This document shows positions 63,140 through 64,000 of a DNA stretch of 64,000 bases, one piece after another. Below the pieces are notes generated by a model. The model had not been told where the DNA came from. It made no database searches and saw nothing but the letters and a program-made list of their open reading frames with translations. Positions within the stretch are counted from its first letter, which is position 1. Each line of letters starts with the position of its first letter. Source of the DNA: Ignavibacteriaceae bacterium (GTDB lineage Bacteria > Bacteroidota > Ignavibacteria > Ignavibacteriales > Ignavibacteriaceae); assembly GCA_013388515.1 (NCBI GenBank), contig JACAFC010000196.1, positions 397-64,396 of the forward strand, written 5' to 3'. A program made the position numbers and the translations under genes.

Positions 63140-64000
63140 ATGATCTTACTCTTTCTCATACTCTTACTCTTCGTACACTGCGATTTGACCGAGCCGCCCG
63201 TAAACGGAAGCTTGTTACTAACCGTTGAGGATGTCTCTTGCACTGAAGCTTGGTTAACATTGAAAACAACCGAACTCCCATTCCCAACTTCGGTTACCCT
63301 TACTCAAAACAACCAAGCACGAATGACGATAAACTTGAACACCGCCGATACCTTGCTTTATATTGACTCACTCTTGCCCAACCAAAGCTATAAGTTTACA
63401 GCGACAGCAACTAAAAACAACCAACAACTAACCACAAACGAAGTGCTTGCTACCACGCTCGACACCACGTCCCACAACTTTACTTGGCAAACATTTACTT
63501 TTGGACAGCACAGCAGCAGTGTGCTTTACGATGTTGCCATAATAAATGAAAATAACATTTGGGCAGTTGGTGAGATTTATATGAATGACTCGCTTGGGCA
63601 ACCAGACCCCATAGCTTACAACGCAGTACATTGGGATGGTAGTGAGTGGAAAGTAAAGAAGATTGACGTTCACTTTCGTGGCAGTTTAATAACACCACCG
63701 CTTGAAGGAGTGTTTGCATTCTCAAGCACTGATATCTGGTTTGTTGGAAGTTTACCGATACACGGCGATGGAACTAACTGGGTGATGTATGATTTAAGAA
63801 CAACTGTTGATCCCAATCTATCATTGTCGAAAGCCTGGGGTACGAGTTCCAGCAATATATACTTTGTTGGAAGAAATGGCAGCATTGCCCATTACCAAAA
63901 TGGAATATGGAAAAAGATAGAGAGCGGGACGACATCGATAATAAATGATATATGGGGAATAGTAACCGAAAATAATGAAGCAATTGCTTATTGCCCTGTT
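63140..64000 (+). CDS. Secreted or lipoprotein-like repeat (beta-propeller-like) protein, 5' part (runs off the right edge)
   Basis: Absent from the ORF track because it has no stop. ATG at 63140 followed by 287 sense codons to the window end. N-terminal signal MILLFLILLLFVHC. Recurring units such as DIWAVGE / DIWFVGS / NIYFVGRNGSIAHYQNGIWKK / DIWGIV are typical of Ycf48/BNR-like propeller blades. Visibly higher GC than the flanking DNA. Confidence 0.6.
   Translation, partial: MILLFLILLLFVHCDLTEPPVNGSLLLTVEDVSCTEAWLTLKTTELPFPTSVTLTQNNQARMTINLNTADTLLYIDSLLPNQSYKFTATATKNNQQLTTNEVLATTLDTTSHNFTWQTFTFGQHSSSVLYDVAIINENNIWAVGEIYMNDSLGQPDPIAYNAVHWDGSEWKVKKIDVHFRGSLITPPLEGVFAFSSTDIWFVGSLPIHGDGTNWVMYDLRTTVDPNLSLSKAWGTSSSNIYFVGRNGSIAHYQNGIWKKIESGTTSIINDIWGIVTENNEAIAYCPV

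Noticed and set aside
63428-63983. Four mutually overlapping minus-strand ORFs (63428..63673, 63495..63725, 63670..63885, 63774..63983)
   Set aside because: They overlap each other in different frames and all overlap a single uninterrupted 287-codon plus-strand frame (63140..64000). That frame has a signal peptide and propeller-like repeats and is the far better gene model.
1-64000. Search for tRNA, rRNA, tmRNA, RNase P, CRISPR arrays, IS elements, integrases, phage or defence-system genes
   Set aside because: Every spacer longer than about 60 nt was read on both strands. None showed cloverleaf-compatible stems, conserved rRNA, RNase P or tmRNA boxes, regularly spaced repeats, terminal inverted repeats or recombinase-like ORFs. 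This was an inspection by eye, so tRNAscan, Infernal and CRISPR finders should confirm it.

Overview
AT-rich bacterial chromosomal segment with about 61 genes, 58 of them on the minus strand and mostly tightly packed or overlapping. I found no rRNA, tRNA, CRISPR array, transposase, integrase or phage gene.

Gene content, read in the direction of transcription (right to left):
- 52.7-62.6 kb: housekeeping and accessory genes. These are a pseudo-REC/REC + PPDK_N ATP-grasp protein, a Zn-ribbon peptide, glutamate dehydrogenase, a CPA2 cation/proton antiporter, a GH5 glycosidase with a T9SS C-terminal sorting domain, an aldo/keto reductase (plus strand) and small membrane proteins.
- 40.7-52.1 kb: a glycosylation island next to flagellin. 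It holds an unknown TPR/TM/coiled-coil protein, four nucleotide-sugar enzymes, a 1487-aa methyltransferase-GT2-Zn ribbon-GT4-GT2-TPR fusion and a GT2-TPR protein.
- 36.9-40.5 kb: late flagellar genes fliC | fliS-fliD-X-flgM.
- 34.7-36.8 kb: a sensor-less histidine kinase and a sigma54 enhancer-binding response regulator.
- 23.7-34.5 kb: a sensory island, cheW-MCP(heme c)-OMP-MCP-PAS-MCP-TonB_C-MCP, followed by a stand-alone CZB protein.
- 16.5-23.5 kb: a HEAT-cheR-cheY-cheY-cheZ-cheA-cheB-X chemotaxis operon.
- 0-16.4 kb: the flagellar core operon flgB-flgC-X-fliE-fliF-fliG-fliH-fliI-fliJ-ylxF-fliK-flgD-X-flgE, then fliL-fliM-fliN-fliO-fliP-fliQ.

Two near-consensus sigma28 promoters (TAAA-N15-nnCGATAA) lie upstream of fliC and cheW. 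Four clean intrinsic terminators are visible.

Flagella combined with a T9SS sorting domain in a low-GC genome suggest an FCB-group lineage such as Ignavibacteria; this is inference only.

Most interesting leads:
- the multi-catalytic glycosylation fusion next to a short Ser/Thr-rich flagellin;
- a shared C-terminal extension ending S-L-I-D-[V/M/I] on three of the four chemoreceptors;
- a split (CetAB/Aer-like) PAS + receptor pair;
- a CXXCH heme-c chemoreceptor;
- outer-membrane and TonB_C genes embedded in the receptor operon;
- a HEAT-repeat protein leading the che operon;
- a 1101-aa FliK.

All functional calls rest on motif and architecture recognition by eye. No database search was run.
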